A stretch of 61,880 bases of DNA. It comes from Acidimicrobiia bacterium (GTDB taxonomy: Bacteria > Actinomycetota > Acidimicrobiia > Spongiisociales > Spongiisociaceae). Made by a program: the position numbers and the translations under genes. The DNA is taken from positions 1 to 61,880 of the forward strand of contig WTGW01000032.1 in assembly GCA_011523395.1 (NCBI GenBank), in the 5' to 3' direction. A model generated the notes under the pieces. It was not told where the DNA came from and did no database searches. It saw nothing but the letters and a program-made list of their open reading frames with translations. Positions 38,390-47,938 of this stretch are shown here, in pieces; position 1 is the stretch's first letter, and the number at the start of each line of letters is the position of its first letter.

Positions 38390-39544
38390 ATGCGAAGACT
38401 CCGGGCAGGTGCTCTGCTCGCAGCAACCAGCCTGGCGGTCCTGCTCGTGGCGGCCCCGCCCGGCCGGGCCCACCATCCGACGGACCTGGGGCTGCTCGCA
38501 CCGGATCCTCCGGAGGTCACGGCCGAGGCATGGATCGTGTACGACGACACGTACGGGCAGGTACTGGCCGAGATGGACGCCGACTCCCTCCGCTCGGTCG
38601 CCTCGGTCACCAAGATACTGACCGCTCTGGTGGTGCTCGAGACCGTGGGCGCGGACGACCTCGTCACCATCACCCACACGGCGGCCTCGGTGGGCGAGTC
38701 GGAGATCGGCCTGGTGGCAGGAGAGGCGGCCTGGACGGTCGAGGAGCTCCTGGCGGCCCTGATCCTCCGTAGCGCCAACGATGCGGCTGTGGCGCTTGCC
38801 CAGCACGTGGGCGGGTCGGTAGCGGGGTTTGCGGAGATGATGAACCGGGAGGCCAACCGGCTCGGCCTCACCGACTCCAACTTCGTCAACCCGCACGGCC
38901 TCGATCATGCCGACCACTACAGCTCGGCCCGCGACATTCTCCGCATCTCGGTCGCCGCGATGCAGAACCCGGCGTTCTCCCGGATCGCCGCCACCCGGAG
39001 CTTCAGCCTCCCGCCCACACCCGAAGGGGAGTCACGGGTGGCCGTCAACCGCAACGACCTGCTCGCCACCTATCCGGGCACGCTCGGCATCAAGACCGGT
39101 TACACCGGCCGCGCCCTCCAGACGCTCTCGGCGGTGGCCCAGCGGGATCAACGCGAGATCTACGTGGTGGTGTTGGGCTCCCAGGACCATTTCGCCGACG
39201 TCACCCTGCTGCTCGACTACGGCTTCGACGGCTTCGGGCCGTTGACCCTGGTCCCGGCCACATCCGACCTGAGACGGCCGCTGGCAGGCGGTGTCGCCGC
39301 ACAGCCCGGTACCGACTTCGAGGTCTTCCCGGCTCGGGCGGAGCAGCCTCCGCCGGATACCGTGGAGCCTGTGGCCGCCGATGCGCCGGGGACCGGAGCC
39401 AGCCCGTCCGCTGTCGACCCCGAAGCCGAGGTTCCCGCCGCTCCCGTGACCCAACGCATTGAACGTCAGGTAGAGCTTCCGGGTATCCGCGACGCGCTGG
39501 CGTGGGTATGGAAGTACTGGCAAGGACTGAGGGGCGAACAATGA
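38390..39544 (+). CDS. D-alanyl-D-alanine carboxypeptidase (serine peptidase S11, PBP5-like)
   Basis: Signal peptide, SxxK (SVTKIL), SxN (SANDAA) and KTG (IKTGYT) motifs. Confidence 0.88.
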   Translation: MRRLRAGALLAATSLAVLLVAAPPGRAHHPTDLGLLAPDPPEVTAEAWIVYDDTYGQVLAEMDADSLRSVASVTKILTALVVLETVGADDLVTITHTAASVGESEIGLVAGEAAWTVEELLAALILRSANDAAVALAQHVGGSVAGFAEMMNREANRLGLTDSNFVNPHGLDHADHYSSARDILRISVAAMQNPAFSRIAATRSFSLPPTPEGESRVAVNRNDLLATYPGTLGIKTGYTGRALQTLSAVAQRDQREIYVVVLGSQDHFADVTLLLDYGFDGFGPLTLVPATSDLRRPLAGGVAAQPGTDFEVFPARAEQPPPDTVEPVAADAPGTGASPSAVDPEAEVPAAPVTQRIERQVELPGIRDALAWVWKYWQGLRGEQ

Positions 39545-40107
39545 TCGCTGCGGAGGCGATAAGCGAAGCCGACATCACCGAGCGGATCGCGGAGTTGGGA
39601 GAGCGCATCGCCCACGACTACCGGGGCCTGCGGCCCGTGCTGGTGTGCGTGCTGTCGGGGTCCCTGGTGTTCCTGGCAGATCTGATCCGCCGGATCCCCA
39701 TCGAGTGCGAGGCCGACTTTCTCGGGCTGACCAAGTTCGGGGAGGGTGGCCGGGTGCGCGTGGCCATGGACACCGCCACCAACCTCGCCGCCCGTCACGT
39801 GCTCATCGTGGAGGACATCGTGGACACCGGCCTCACGCTCCGCCTGCTCCGCCAGATGATGGAGGAACGCGATTGCGCCAGCCTCCAGACGGTATCGCTG
39901 CTGGACCGGACCACCCGGCGCATCGTTGACGTACCCATCGAGTACCGGGGCTTCGAGGTCGGGGATGAGTTCCTGGTGGGATACGGTCTCGACTGGAAGG
40001 GCGAGTTCCGCAACCTGCGGTCTTTGTGGGCCATCCTCGACTTTGCCTCCTTCGCGGCCGACCCGTCCGCACTGGTGCCCATTGCAGAGCCGGCTCGTGG
40101 TGAATAG
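39541..40107 (+). CDS. hpt: Hypoxanthine phosphoribosyltransferase
   Basis: ATG 39541 overlaps the upstream stop. PRPP motif VLIVEDIVDTGLTL. Confidence 0.9.
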   Translation: MIAAEAISEADITERIAELGERIAHDYRGLRPVLVCVLSGSLVFLADLIRRIPIECEADFLGLTKFGEGGRVRVAMDTATNLAARHVLIVEDIVDTGLTLRLLRQMMEERDCASLQTVSLLDRTTRRIVDVPIEYRGFEVGDEFLVGYGLDWKGEFRNLRSLWAILDFASFAADPSALVPIAEPARGE

Positions 40108-40116
40108 GCTCGCACC

Positions 40117-40605
40117 ATGAGCGAGTCGGTTCCCATGGATCTCATCGGGGTCAGGATCGAGTACCCGACCAACCAGCCGATAGTCCTGCTGCGCGAGTCG
40201 CACGGCAAGCGCTTTCTCGCCATCTGGATCGGGGCCATGGAAGCCACCGCCATCGCCTACGCCCTCGAGGGCGTCGACACCCCCCGCCCGTTCACCCACG
40301 ACCTGCTGCGGATCACGACCGAGGTCTTGGGGGGACAGGTGACCCGGGTGACGGTGACCGAGCTGCGGGACAGCGTCTACTACGCAGACCTGGTTCTCTC
40401 GCGGGACGGTGAGGAGATCCATGTCAGCTCCCGCCCCTCCGACGCCATCGCCCTCGCCGCCCGTACCGGAGCGCCGGTATTCGCCACTCCGGAGGTCCTT
40501 GACGACGCCGGCATCGAGATCAAGGACGATCACCAGGAGGCGGAAGTGGAGGCGTTCCGGGAGTTCCTCGAAGATCTCTCGCCCGAGGACTTCAGAACCG
40601 GCTAG
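40117..40605 (+). CDS. Bifunctional nuclease family protein (DUF151/BFN)
   Basis: 162 aa with IVLLRESHGKRFLAIWIGAMEATAIAYALEGVDTPRPFTHDLL, typical of the BFN domain. Confidence 0.8.
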   Translation: MSESVPMDLIGVRIEYPTNQPIVLLRESHGKRFLAIWIGAMEATAIAYALEGVDTPRPFTHDLLRITTEVLGGQVTRVTVTELRDSVYYADLVLSRDGEEIHVSSRPSDAIALAARTGAPVFATPEVLDDAGIEIKDDHQEAEVEAFREFLEDLSPEDFRTG

Positions 40606-40700
40606 TCATCCCGACCCGGGAAACCTGCGCCCGGGCTGCCGGTATCCCCTCGGAAACCGTTGGAACACGGCTCCCGATGGTCTATCGTACGGCTCGCAAA

Positions 40701-40736
40701 CAGGTAATTACCTGGCTGTAATGACCAGGTAATTAC
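40701..40736. promoter_or_regulatory. Candidate MerR-type operator: perfect palindrome CAGGTAATTACCTG plus a half-repeat CAGGTAATTAC
   Basis: The 14-bp perfect palindrome at 40701-40714 and an 11-nt repeat at 40726-40736 lie 40-75 nt upstream of the MerR-family gene at 40776. The motif is AT-rich in a GC-rich genome. Confidence 0.5.
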
Positions 40737-40775
40737 GGGTCGGCGTCGACCCACCGGGGAGGGAGTCCCGTTCCG

Positions 40776-41303
40776 ATGGACCGAGATACCAACACCGAGA
40801 ACCCGACCGTGGGGATGGAGGGCTACCGGGCGCCCCAGGTATGCAAGCTGGCCGGCATCACCTATCGCCAGCTCGACTACTGGGACCGCACCGAGTTGCT
40901 GCAGCCTTCATTGATAGCGGCGCAGGGATCCGGGACCCAGCGGCTCTACTCCTTCTCCGACCTCGTCCGGCTACGGGTTATCAAGGGTCTCCTCGACACA
41001 GGCCTCCACCTCAACCGGATCCGGCAGGCGGTCGAATGGCTCCGCGAGCAGGAGATCGACCAGCCCCTCTCCGAAGCCAACCTGATCAGCGACGGCGCCA
41101 CCATTCTGGCCAGCTTCGACCGCGAGGGAACCCAGGAGTACCTGATGGACGCTCTCCAGCGCGGTCAGGGAGTGTTCGCCATCGCCGTGGGGCGGATTCA
41201 ACGAGACCTCGAGGGTGAGTTGCTGGACTTCGCTCCGAGCGCGGTGCAGGCCGAGCTCCCTTTTGCTGAACTCCAATCCGATCCCGAGGCGGCCACCAGC
41301 TGA
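40776..41303 (+). CDS. MerR-family transcriptional regulator
   Basis: HTH YRAPQVCKLAGITYRQLDYWDRTELLQPS ... RLYSFSDLVRLRVIKGL. Confidence 0.85.
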   Translation: MDRDTNTENPTVGMEGYRAPQVCKLAGITYRQLDYWDRTELLQPSLIAAQGSGTQRLYSFSDLVRLRVIKGLLDTGLHLNRIRQAVEWLREQEIDQPLSEANLISDGATILASFDREGTQEYLMDALQRGQGVFAIAVGRIQRDLEGELLDFAPSAVQAELPFAELQSDPEAATS

Positions 41304-41401
41304 CCTCCTCCGGCCCGAGTCCGGTCACATCTTCCCCTAGAGGCGTCGCCTTCGCCCACCACAGCGAGATCCAGTTCGCCCGGCTGCTCGATTTCTACCA
41401 C

Positions 41402-41752
41402 GTGCGCTGGGAGTACGAGCCCCGGTCGTTCCCCATCCAATGGGACGAAGATGGTCGGCCCACCAAGAGCTTCACCCCTGACTTCTACCTGCCGGACGAG
41501 GACGTCTTCGTGGAGATCACCACCATGAAGCAGAGCCTGGTCACCAAGAAGAAGCGCAAGGTCCGCCTGTTCCGGGCCCGGTATCCCGACGTGGACATCC
41601 GGCTGCTGTACCGGCGGGACTACCTGCACCTGGTCTACAAGTACGGCCTCGACTCCGCGCCACCGTCCGGATCCGCGCTGGTCCCGACCCGTCACACCGG
41701 GCCACCGCTCGTGACCCGGCTGACCGATAGGGCGCGGAGCATGTCCGGGTAG
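41402..41752 (+). CDS. Conserved hypothetical protein, possible PD-(D/E)xK-fold; true start probably upstream
   Basis: The ORF table starts at GTG 41402, but in-frame protein-like sequence (GVAFAHHSEIQFARLLDFYH) continues upstream without a canonical start. FTPDFYLP...VFVEITTMK resembles a nuclease core. Confidence 0.5.
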   Translation: MRWEYEPRSFPIQWDEDGRPTKSFTPDFYLPDEDVFVEITTMKQSLVTKKKRKVRLFRARYPDVDIRLLYRRDYLHLVYKYGLDSAPPSGSALVPTRHTGPPLVTRLTDRARSMSG

Positions 41753-41879
41753 AGGGAGCCCCACGCTCCAGGTGGTCTTCCGCCTGACAACCTGGCGCCG
41801 CTTCACGGACAGACCGTTAGAGTGGCGGCCAGATTCGTGGCCACGGACCACTCCGGCTCCCAGGCAAGGTTTCTTTCGA

Positions 41880-42710
41880 ATGACCGCCCCGCCCGCCACC
41901 AGCATGGAGATCGTCACCACCCGCGGCGGTGTCACCGAGTTGCGCCGCCGGTGGGAGGCTGAGGATCCATGGGCCTCCCTCCTGATCGTCCACGGCTTGG
42001 CAGAGCACTCGGGGCGCTACCGGAACGTCGGCGCCCGGTTGGCGGCAGCCGGTATCGACACTCACGCCTTCGACCTCATGGGCTTCGGAGCGTCCGGGGG
42101 GACCCGGGCCGACATAGCGCACTGGCACACCTACCTGTTCCAGCTGTCGGACAACCTGGCCCGGTTGCCGGACCGTGGCCTTCCGAGAGTGGTGCTGGGC
42201 CACTCCGTCGGGGGCCTGCTCACCATCGACTATGCCATGTCGCGCCATCGCCAACCCGATCTGGTGGTCCTCAATGCGCCCGCCGTGGACGCCGTGGTGC
42301 CGACCTGGAAACGGAGGGCCTCCCCGATCCTGGCCGGGCTGGTTCCCACCTTGACCCTCGCCAACCCGATCAACCCCCACCAGATATTCAGCGACCCCGC
42401 CACAGTCGCCGGCTACCTCGCCGACCCACTGCTGGAACGCGGCACCACTGTCCGGCTGGGCGCCCATCTGCTCAACACCATGGACCGGGTCACCGCATCG
42501 GTCGACCGCTTCACCGCCCCCTGCCTGCTGACGCACGGCGCGGACGACACTCTGGTGCCACCGGCAACGACCGTCGCTCTGGGCCGGCTTCCCAACGTCG
42601 AGCGGCGACTGTACCCGGGCGCCCGCCACGCCTCCCTTCAGGAGCCGGCGGGCGGGATGATCCTTGATGACATCGTGGTCTGGATCCGGGCCATGACCGG
42701 GAACTTCTAG
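41880..42710 (+). CDS. Alpha/beta hydrolase (lysophospholipase/monoacylglycerol lipase-like)
   Basis: HGLAEHSGRY oxyanion region and GHSVGG nucleophile elbow. Start ATG 41880 is preferred over GTG 41772. Confidence 0.82.
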   Translation: MTAPPATSMEIVTTRGGVTELRRRWEAEDPWASLLIVHGLAEHSGRYRNVGARLAAAGIDTHAFDLMGFGASGGTRADIAHWHTYLFQLSDNLARLPDRGLPRVVLGHSVGGLLTIDYAMSRHRQPDLVVLNAPAVDAVVPTWKRRASPILAGLVPTLTLANPINPHQIFSDPATVAGYLADPLLERGTTVRLGAHLLNTMDRVTASVDRFTAPCLLTHGADDTLVPPATTVALGRLPNVERRLYPGARHASLQEPAGGMILDDIVVWIRAMTGNF

Positions 42711-42722
42711 AAGCCCGCCAGC

Positions 42723-43700
42723 ATGATGCGCCGGACAGCCACCGTATTGCCCGCCCGCGCCAGAGGAATCCTGCTGGTGGCCGCCGCCGGGACCCTGTGG
42801 AGCACCCTCGGTCTCGGGGTTCGGATCATGGACACCGCCACCACCTGGCAGATCCTGTTCTATCGGGCCATCGCCCAGGTCTTGGTGATAGGCGCCTGGG
42901 TGGCCATGCGGCGGGGACGCGGGTTCGTCCGCTCGTTCGCGGACATAGGCGCCGACGGGGTCATCGCCGGCGCCTCCATCTCCATGTCCTCGATCGCGTT
43001 CGTGTACGCCCTCAGGCTCACCACGGTGGCGGAGGTGGTGTTCCTCTTCAGCATGGCGCCCGTGCTGGCGGGGCTGCTGGGATGGGTGGTGTTGAGAGAA
43101 CCCATCACCCGGATCACCTGGCTGGCGATGGCGTTGGTGCTGGCCGGGATCGCCGTGATGAACGGCCCGGCCGGGTCGGAGGGGGTCTCGATGGGGACCT
43201 TCCTGGCCTTCCTGGCTGCACTCGGATTCGCCGTGTTCACGGTGCTGCAGCGCCGCCGCAGGCATGTCGACATGTTGCCGGCCATCGCGGTGTCGGGCCT
43301 GATCACGGCGGCGGCCACGGCATGGCTGATCGGCGGCACCGTCCCGGCCCCCCGCGACCTGGCGGTCGCCTTCTGGCTGGGAGGAGTCGCCCTGGCCGGC
43401 GGGTTGGCGGTGTACACGGTCGGGGCGCGCTACGTGAGGCCTGCCGAGTCGGTGCTCATATCGATGACCGAGATCGTGCTGGCGCCGCTCTGGGTGTGGT
43501 GGATATTCGACGAGACGGCGAGCATCGCCACCGTGGTAGGCGGCGCTGTCGTGCTCACCGGCGTGCTGACCCAGGCGCTGGGCCGCGAGTCCAACTCCCG
43601 GCGCCGGCGGGGGCAGCCGGGAGACACGCCGGAACGGGCTACCCCTCGACGTCGCCTTCGCCGACGTCCGGAGCCGGCCGCATCTCCTCCGCCGCCGTAG
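42723..43700 (+). CDS. EamA/DMT-family transporter
   Basis: About ten hydrophobic helices in two EamA-like halves. The Arg/Pro-rich C-terminal tail overlaps the 3' end of the convergent gene. Confidence 0.8.
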   Translation: MMRRTATVLPARARGILLVAAAGTLWSTLGLGVRIMDTATTWQILFYRAIAQVLVIGAWVAMRRGRGFVRSFADIGADGVIAGASISMSSIAFVYALRLTTVAEVVFLFSMAPVLAGLLGWVVLREPITRITWLAMALVLAGIAVMNGPAGSEGVSMGTFLAFLAALGFAVFTVLQRRRRHVDMLPAIAVSGLITAAATAWLIGGTVPAPRDLAVAFWLGGVALAGGLAVYTVGARYVRPAESVLISMTEIVLAPLWVWWIFDETASIATVVGGAVVLTGVLTQALGRESNSRRRRGQPGDTPERATPRRRLRRRPEPAASPPPP

Positions 43701-44394
43701 CCACTTGGCCGACGAGAAGACCGAACTCGAAGGCAGCCGTCTCGAAGGCCAGCAGGCCGGCGCGACGGGTCTCCCCGGTGTCGGTCGACTCCAGGCCCTC
43801 CTGCATGGTCTCGGCCGCCGAGACGAGGGCGGCGACGGAGCCGGCCAGACCCTGCTGGAGTCGGGTATTGATCCCCGGTGGCGTAGCCACCCGAGCCAGC
43901 CGGGCGGGAAGGACGCTCACCCGGGAGACCAGGGTGCTCATCTGCTGGACCGCCGCGTCGTATTCGAGGCTACCGCTGTCCCAACCGTCGTTGATCTGCC
44001 GCCCGGTGTCCATCGCATCCGCCACGTCCAGGGCCAGCAGCGAGATCTCATCTGCGTACAACTGCAGAGCGGCCGCGTCGCGCTCCACGGATGTGGTCTC
44101 GACAACAGGCTCCGGGGCCTCCGAGGAGTCACGGCTGGTCAGGGTCCGGAGCCCGAGCACCAGGGCGACCACCACCGCGAGGACCAGGCCGATCCGCCGC
44201 ATGGAGCCCGGGCCGGTAGCGAACCGTCCCGTCCGGGCGGAGGGTTCGAGCCGCCCGATCCGGTGACGGCACGACCGGCAGACGGAGGTATCGGGCACCC
44301 ACTGCTGGCCGCATTGGGGACAGAATCGGGGTTCGCCCTCCCGAGAGCCCGCACCAGCCCGAGTCTCGCCGGACTCCGATCGGGGCGTGACCAT
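43639..44394 (-). CDS. Zinc-ribbon membrane protein (CxxC...CxxC, one TM helix, helical extracytoplasmic domain)
   Basis: FCPQCGQQWVPDTSVCRSCRH followed by RRIGLVLAVVVALVLGL. Start set at ATG 44394 (MVTPRSE...). Confidence 0.6.
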   Translation of the reverse strand: MVTPRSESGETRAGAGSREGEPRFCPQCGQQWVPDTSVCRSCRHRIGRLEPSARTGRFATGPGSMRRIGLVLAVVVALVLGLRTLTSRDSSEAPEPVVETTSVERDAAALQLYADEISLLALDVADAMDTGRQINDGWDSGSLEYDAAVQQMSTLVSRVSVLPARLARVATPPGINTRLQQGLAGSVAALVSAAETMQEGLESTDTGETRRAGLLAFETAAFEFGLLVGQVATAAEEMRPAPDVGEGDVEG

Positions 44395-44555
44395 CGCATC
44401 GGTAACCGGCACCTGCTCGGCTCGGCGGACTCCCGACCAGCGGGAGTCTCCCGGACGGCGGGTACCCTCCGGCGGCTTCCGATCGTCCGACCAGGTCACG
44501 GCACTAACCCTCCGACGCCAACTCTCCCGGAGGATAGTTGTACCCTCGGGCGCCA

Positions 44556-45437
44556 ATGGAGGTAAGTCCCGCTTCGCCCGGCGAACTCGGAGTCCAGTTG
44601 GCAAACCTCATCGCCACGGTCACCGAGAAGCAGGGGGCCCCGCCTTTCGGAGAGGTCCTGCGAGCAGCCATGAGCGACCCCGACGGGGGAGGCCTCGGCT
44701 ACGCCGCGCGGTCACACGGAAGGCTCGTCTCGTACGCCTTCGCCGCCCCCAACCCCGACGGACGGGTCTGGACGCTGGAGGTGGCCGACGGCTCCGGGCA
44801 GCAGGATCGGTTCCTGAATGACGTGGCCCGCGGCCTGGATGCCGCCGGGATCGAGGAAACAGTCCTATGGCTCCACGCCCCGGACATCGAGCCGCCGGCG
44901 CTCTTCACCCACGAACGGGACCTGTACCGGATGGCGGTGAGGCTTCCCGTTCCCGGCACCGTCCGGCCCCCGGCGGGCGTCCGCTTCGCCGGCTTCGACG
45001 TCCGGCGGGATGCCCGGGCCCTGATCGAGGTCAACAACCGGGCCTTCGACGGTCATCCCGAGCAGGGCGAATGGTCGCTGCAGGACCTGGAGCGGCGCAC
45101 CTCGCTGCCGTGGTTCGATGCGCGCGGAGTACGCACCGGCTGGGTCGATCACCGGCTGGTCGCATTTCACTGGACCAAGGTCCACGACACGCCGGCGCCT
45201 GACGGGGGCGCCCTGGGCGAGATCTACGTGCTGGCGGTGGATCCCGCCTTCCTCGGCCGGGGACTGGGCCGCGCCATCGCACTTGAAGGGCTCGACTACC
45301 TCTCGCGCCACAGGAGAGCCACCAGAGCGATCCTCTACGTGGACTCGGCCAACATCGCCGCCGTGAAGCTCTACCGGCGCCTCGGCTTCGCAACCGAACA
45401 CACCGACCGCGCCTACCGAAGGACTCGAAGTGGTTGA
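44556..45437 (+). CDS. mshD: Mycothiol synthase-like tandem GNAT acetyltransferase
   Basis: Two GNAT halves. C-terminal IYVLAVDPAFLGRGLGRAIALEGL ... LYVDSANIAAVKLYRRLGF resembles MshD. TTG 44538 is an alternative start. Confidence 0.62.
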   Translation: MEVSPASPGELGVQLANLIATVTEKQGAPPFGEVLRAAMSDPDGGGLGYAARSHGRLVSYAFAAPNPDGRVWTLEVADGSGQQDRFLNDVARGLDAAGIEETVLWLHAPDIEPPALFTHERDLYRMAVRLPVPGTVRPPAGVRFAGFDVRRDARALIEVNNRAFDGHPEQGEWSLQDLERRTSLPWFDARGVRTGWVDHRLVAFHWTKVHDTPAPDGGALGEIYVLAVDPAFLGRGLGRAIALEGLDYLSRHRRATRAILYVDSANIAAVKLYRRLGFATEHTDRAYRRTRSG

Positions 45438-45497
45438 CTCCGGGTGCGTGGCGGATTACCGGATTACGATGGCGCCGCCACCTGCCCGGACCCGGCT

Positions 45498-47432
45498 ATG
45501 ACTATTGAACTGATTCTCCCCGACCAAACCCTGATCCGCCACGAGGCCGGAGTGACCGGACTCCGGGTGGCCGGAACGATCGGCCCGCGCCTGGCCGCCG
45601 CGGCCGTCGCGGTGTCGGTCGACGGCGTCCTGATGGACCTGGAGCAGCCGATCCATGCCGGGGGACGGTTCGCGGTAATCACCCCGGAGTCGGAGGAGGG
45701 CCGCCATGTCCTCCGTCACTCGGCCGCCCACATAATGGCCCAGGCGGTCCTCGAACTCTTCGAGGGCGCCACCTTCGCCATCGGACCCGCCATCACCGAC
45801 GGCTTCTACTACGACTTCGACATCGGAAGGCCGTTCACGCCCGACGACTTGGACGCCATCGAAGAGGAGATGGAGCGCATCGTCGCGGCCGATCAGCCCT
45901 TCGTCCGGGAGGAGATGTCGCGGGCCGAGGGACTGGACCTGTTCAGCGAGCACCCCTACAAGCTCGAGATAATCCGCTCGGTGGACGAGTCGGAGGTCGA
46001 ATCCGGGGATGTGGTGTCCGTTTACCGGAACGAGGGGTTCGTGGACCTGTGCCGGGGCCCACACTTACCTTCAACCGGAAGGTTGAAGGCCTTCAAGCTG
46101 ACCCGTACAGCGGGGGCATATTGGCGGGGGAACGAGAAACGTCCCCAACTCCAGCGCATCTACGGGACCGCCTGGGAGTCGGGCAAGGCGCTGCGGACCT
46201 ATCTCCACCGGATCGAGGAAGCGGCACGCCGGGACCACCGCAAGCTGGGCCGCGAACTCGACCTGTTCTCGTTCCCGGACGGCCTCGGCCCGGGCCTGGC
46301 GGTATGGCACCCGAAGGGCGGGATGCTGAGGCGCCTCGCAGAGGACTACAGCCGGCGCATCCACGAGACCTACGGCTTCGACTTCGTGTTCTCGCCCCAT
46401 CTGGCCAGGGCCGATCTCTGGCAGACGTCAGGCCACCTGGACTTCTATGCGGAGAACATGTACCCCGGCCTGGAGATGGACCAGGGTGACGAGTACCGCG
46501 TGAAGCCCATGAACTGCCCTTTCCACGTGATGATCTACCGCTCGGACGCCCGTTCATACCGGGACCTGCCCATACGGCTCTCCGAGTTGGGCGCCGTGTA
46601 CCGCTACGAGCGGTCGGGCGTGGTACACGGCCTGCTCCGCGCGCGCGGGTTCACCCAGGACGACTCCCACACCTTCTGCACCCGCGGCCAGGTGCCGTCC
46701 GAGCTGCAGCTCCACCTCGACTTCGTGCTCCGCCTCCTTCGGGACTTCGGTTTCGACGAATTCCAGGCCGAGCTCGCGACCCGTCCGGAAGAGAAGTGGG
46801 TCGGCGAGCCGGAGTTGTGGGAGTTGGCCGAGGAGTCGCTCGCCCAAGCCCTCGCCACTGCCGGCATCCCGCACCGCGTGGCGGAGGGCGAGGGCGCCTT
46901 CTACGGCCCCAAGATCGACGTGCATGTCGAAGACGCCATCGGGCGCCGCTGGCAGATGTCCACCATCCAGGTGGACTTCTCCCTCCCCGAGCGGTTCGGC
47001 CTCGAGTACGTCACCCCCGCCGACACGAGGGAGCGGCCCGTCATGATCCACGCCGCCAAGTTCGGCTCGGTGGAGCGCTTCCTGGGCGTGCTGGTGGAGC
47101 ACTACGCCGGCGCCATGCCGATGTGGCTGGCGCCCGTCCAAGCCGTGGTCGTGCCGGTCGCCGACCGTCACGACGGCTACGCCGGCCGGGTTGCGGGCAA
47201 GCTCCGGGACGGGGGCCTACGGGTCGAGTCCGCCTCGGGACCGGGCAAGCTGGGGGAGAAGATCCGCTCGGCCATCACGGGAAAGGTTCCGGCGATCCTG
47301 GTGGTGGGCAACCAGGACGCTGCTAACGACACGGTCGGTCTTCGCCTCCGGTCGGAGAAGAGAGAGCGGCGGGGCGTTCCGATGGATGAGGCGCTGGCCG
47401 AGCTGGTCGATGCCGCCCGGCCTCCCGGCTGA
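45498..47432 (+). CDS. thrS: Threonine-tRNA ligase
   Basis: TGS N-terminal domain, editing-domain HSAAHIM, class II core (FRDLPIRLSELGAVYRYERSG) and anticodon-binding C-terminus. The ORF is open from 45444. Confidence 0.95.
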   Translation: MTIELILPDQTLIRHEAGVTGLRVAGTIGPRLAAAAVAVSVDGVLMDLEQPIHAGGRFAVITPESEEGRHVLRHSAAHIMAQAVLELFEGATFAIGPAITDGFYYDFDIGRPFTPDDLDAIEEEMERIVAADQPFVREEMSRAEGLDLFSEHPYKLEIIRSVDESEVESGDVVSVYRNEGFVDLCRGPHLPSTGRLKAFKLTRTAGAYWRGNEKRPQLQRIYGTAWESGKALRTYLHRIEEAARRDHRKLGRELDLFSFPDGLGPGLAVWHPKGGMLRRLAEDYSRRIHETYGFDFVFSPHLARADLWQTSGHLDFYAENMYPGLEMDQGDEYRVKPMNCPFHVMIYRSDARSYRDLPIRLSELGAVYRYERSGVVHGLLRARGFTQDDSHTFCTRGQVPSELQLHLDFVLRLLRDFGFDEFQAELATRPEEKWVGEPELWELAEESLAQALATAGIPHRVAEGEGAFYGPKIDVHVEDAIGRRWQMSTIQVDFSLPERFGLEYVTPADTRERPVMIHAAKFGSVERFLGVLVEHYAGAMPMWLAPVQAVVVPVADRHDGYAGRVAGKLRDGGLRVESASGPGKLGEKIRSAITGKVPAILVVGNQDAANDTVGLRLRSEKRERRGVPMDEALAELVDAARPPG

Positions 47433-47458
47433 ACGTAGCCCTCGAGCCCCCGGCGGGA

Positions 47459-47938
47459 TCAGTCGGGTTGCTGCAGTTGCTCCGTGTAAACCTCGTCGAC
47501 CCTGTGCCCGCTGACTGCGTCGATCCGTACCAGTGCCCGCGCCAGCGGTGGGTCCTCCGCCGAGTACAGGATGAGGTTCCAGACCGGGCGGGACCGACCT
47601 CCCACGAACCCCAGGGCCGCCGAGGCGTGGCCCACCGGGAACGGCGCCACGGCTGCAGCCATGTCCAGCGCCCGCTCCTGGCCTATCACCAGCGGCCAGG
47701 CCGTGCGGTAATGAACGTAGGCGAGTGCCAGCAGCCCGATCGCGACCACCCACAGGCCGGCGCCGAGGTTGGCCAGCGCACCGAACACGGCCAGTAGCCC
47801 CGCGGCCAGGTAGATGCGGGCGCCGATCCGGCGGCGAGACGGGGACGGGAACCGGTACGGGCCCAACTGCCCGGAGTCGAGGTCGTCCGGGACACCCGCT
47901 TCCCTGGCCACCTCGGCGGGAATGCGGATTCCCTCCAT
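47459..47938 (-). CDS. Small hypothetical membrane protein (two TM helices)
   Basis: 159 aa. Its ATG shares one nucleotide with the gltA stop codon. Contains IYLAAGLLAVFGALANLGAGLWVVAIGLLALAYV. Confidence 0.6.
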   Translation of the reverse strand: MEGIRIPAEVAREAGVPDDLDSGQLGPYRFPSPSRRRIGARIYLAAGLLAVFGALANLGAGLWVVAIGLLALAYVHYRTAWPLVIGQERALDMAAAVAPFPVGHASAALGFVGGRSRPVWNLILYSAEDPPLARALVRIDAVSGHRVDEVYTEQLQQPD

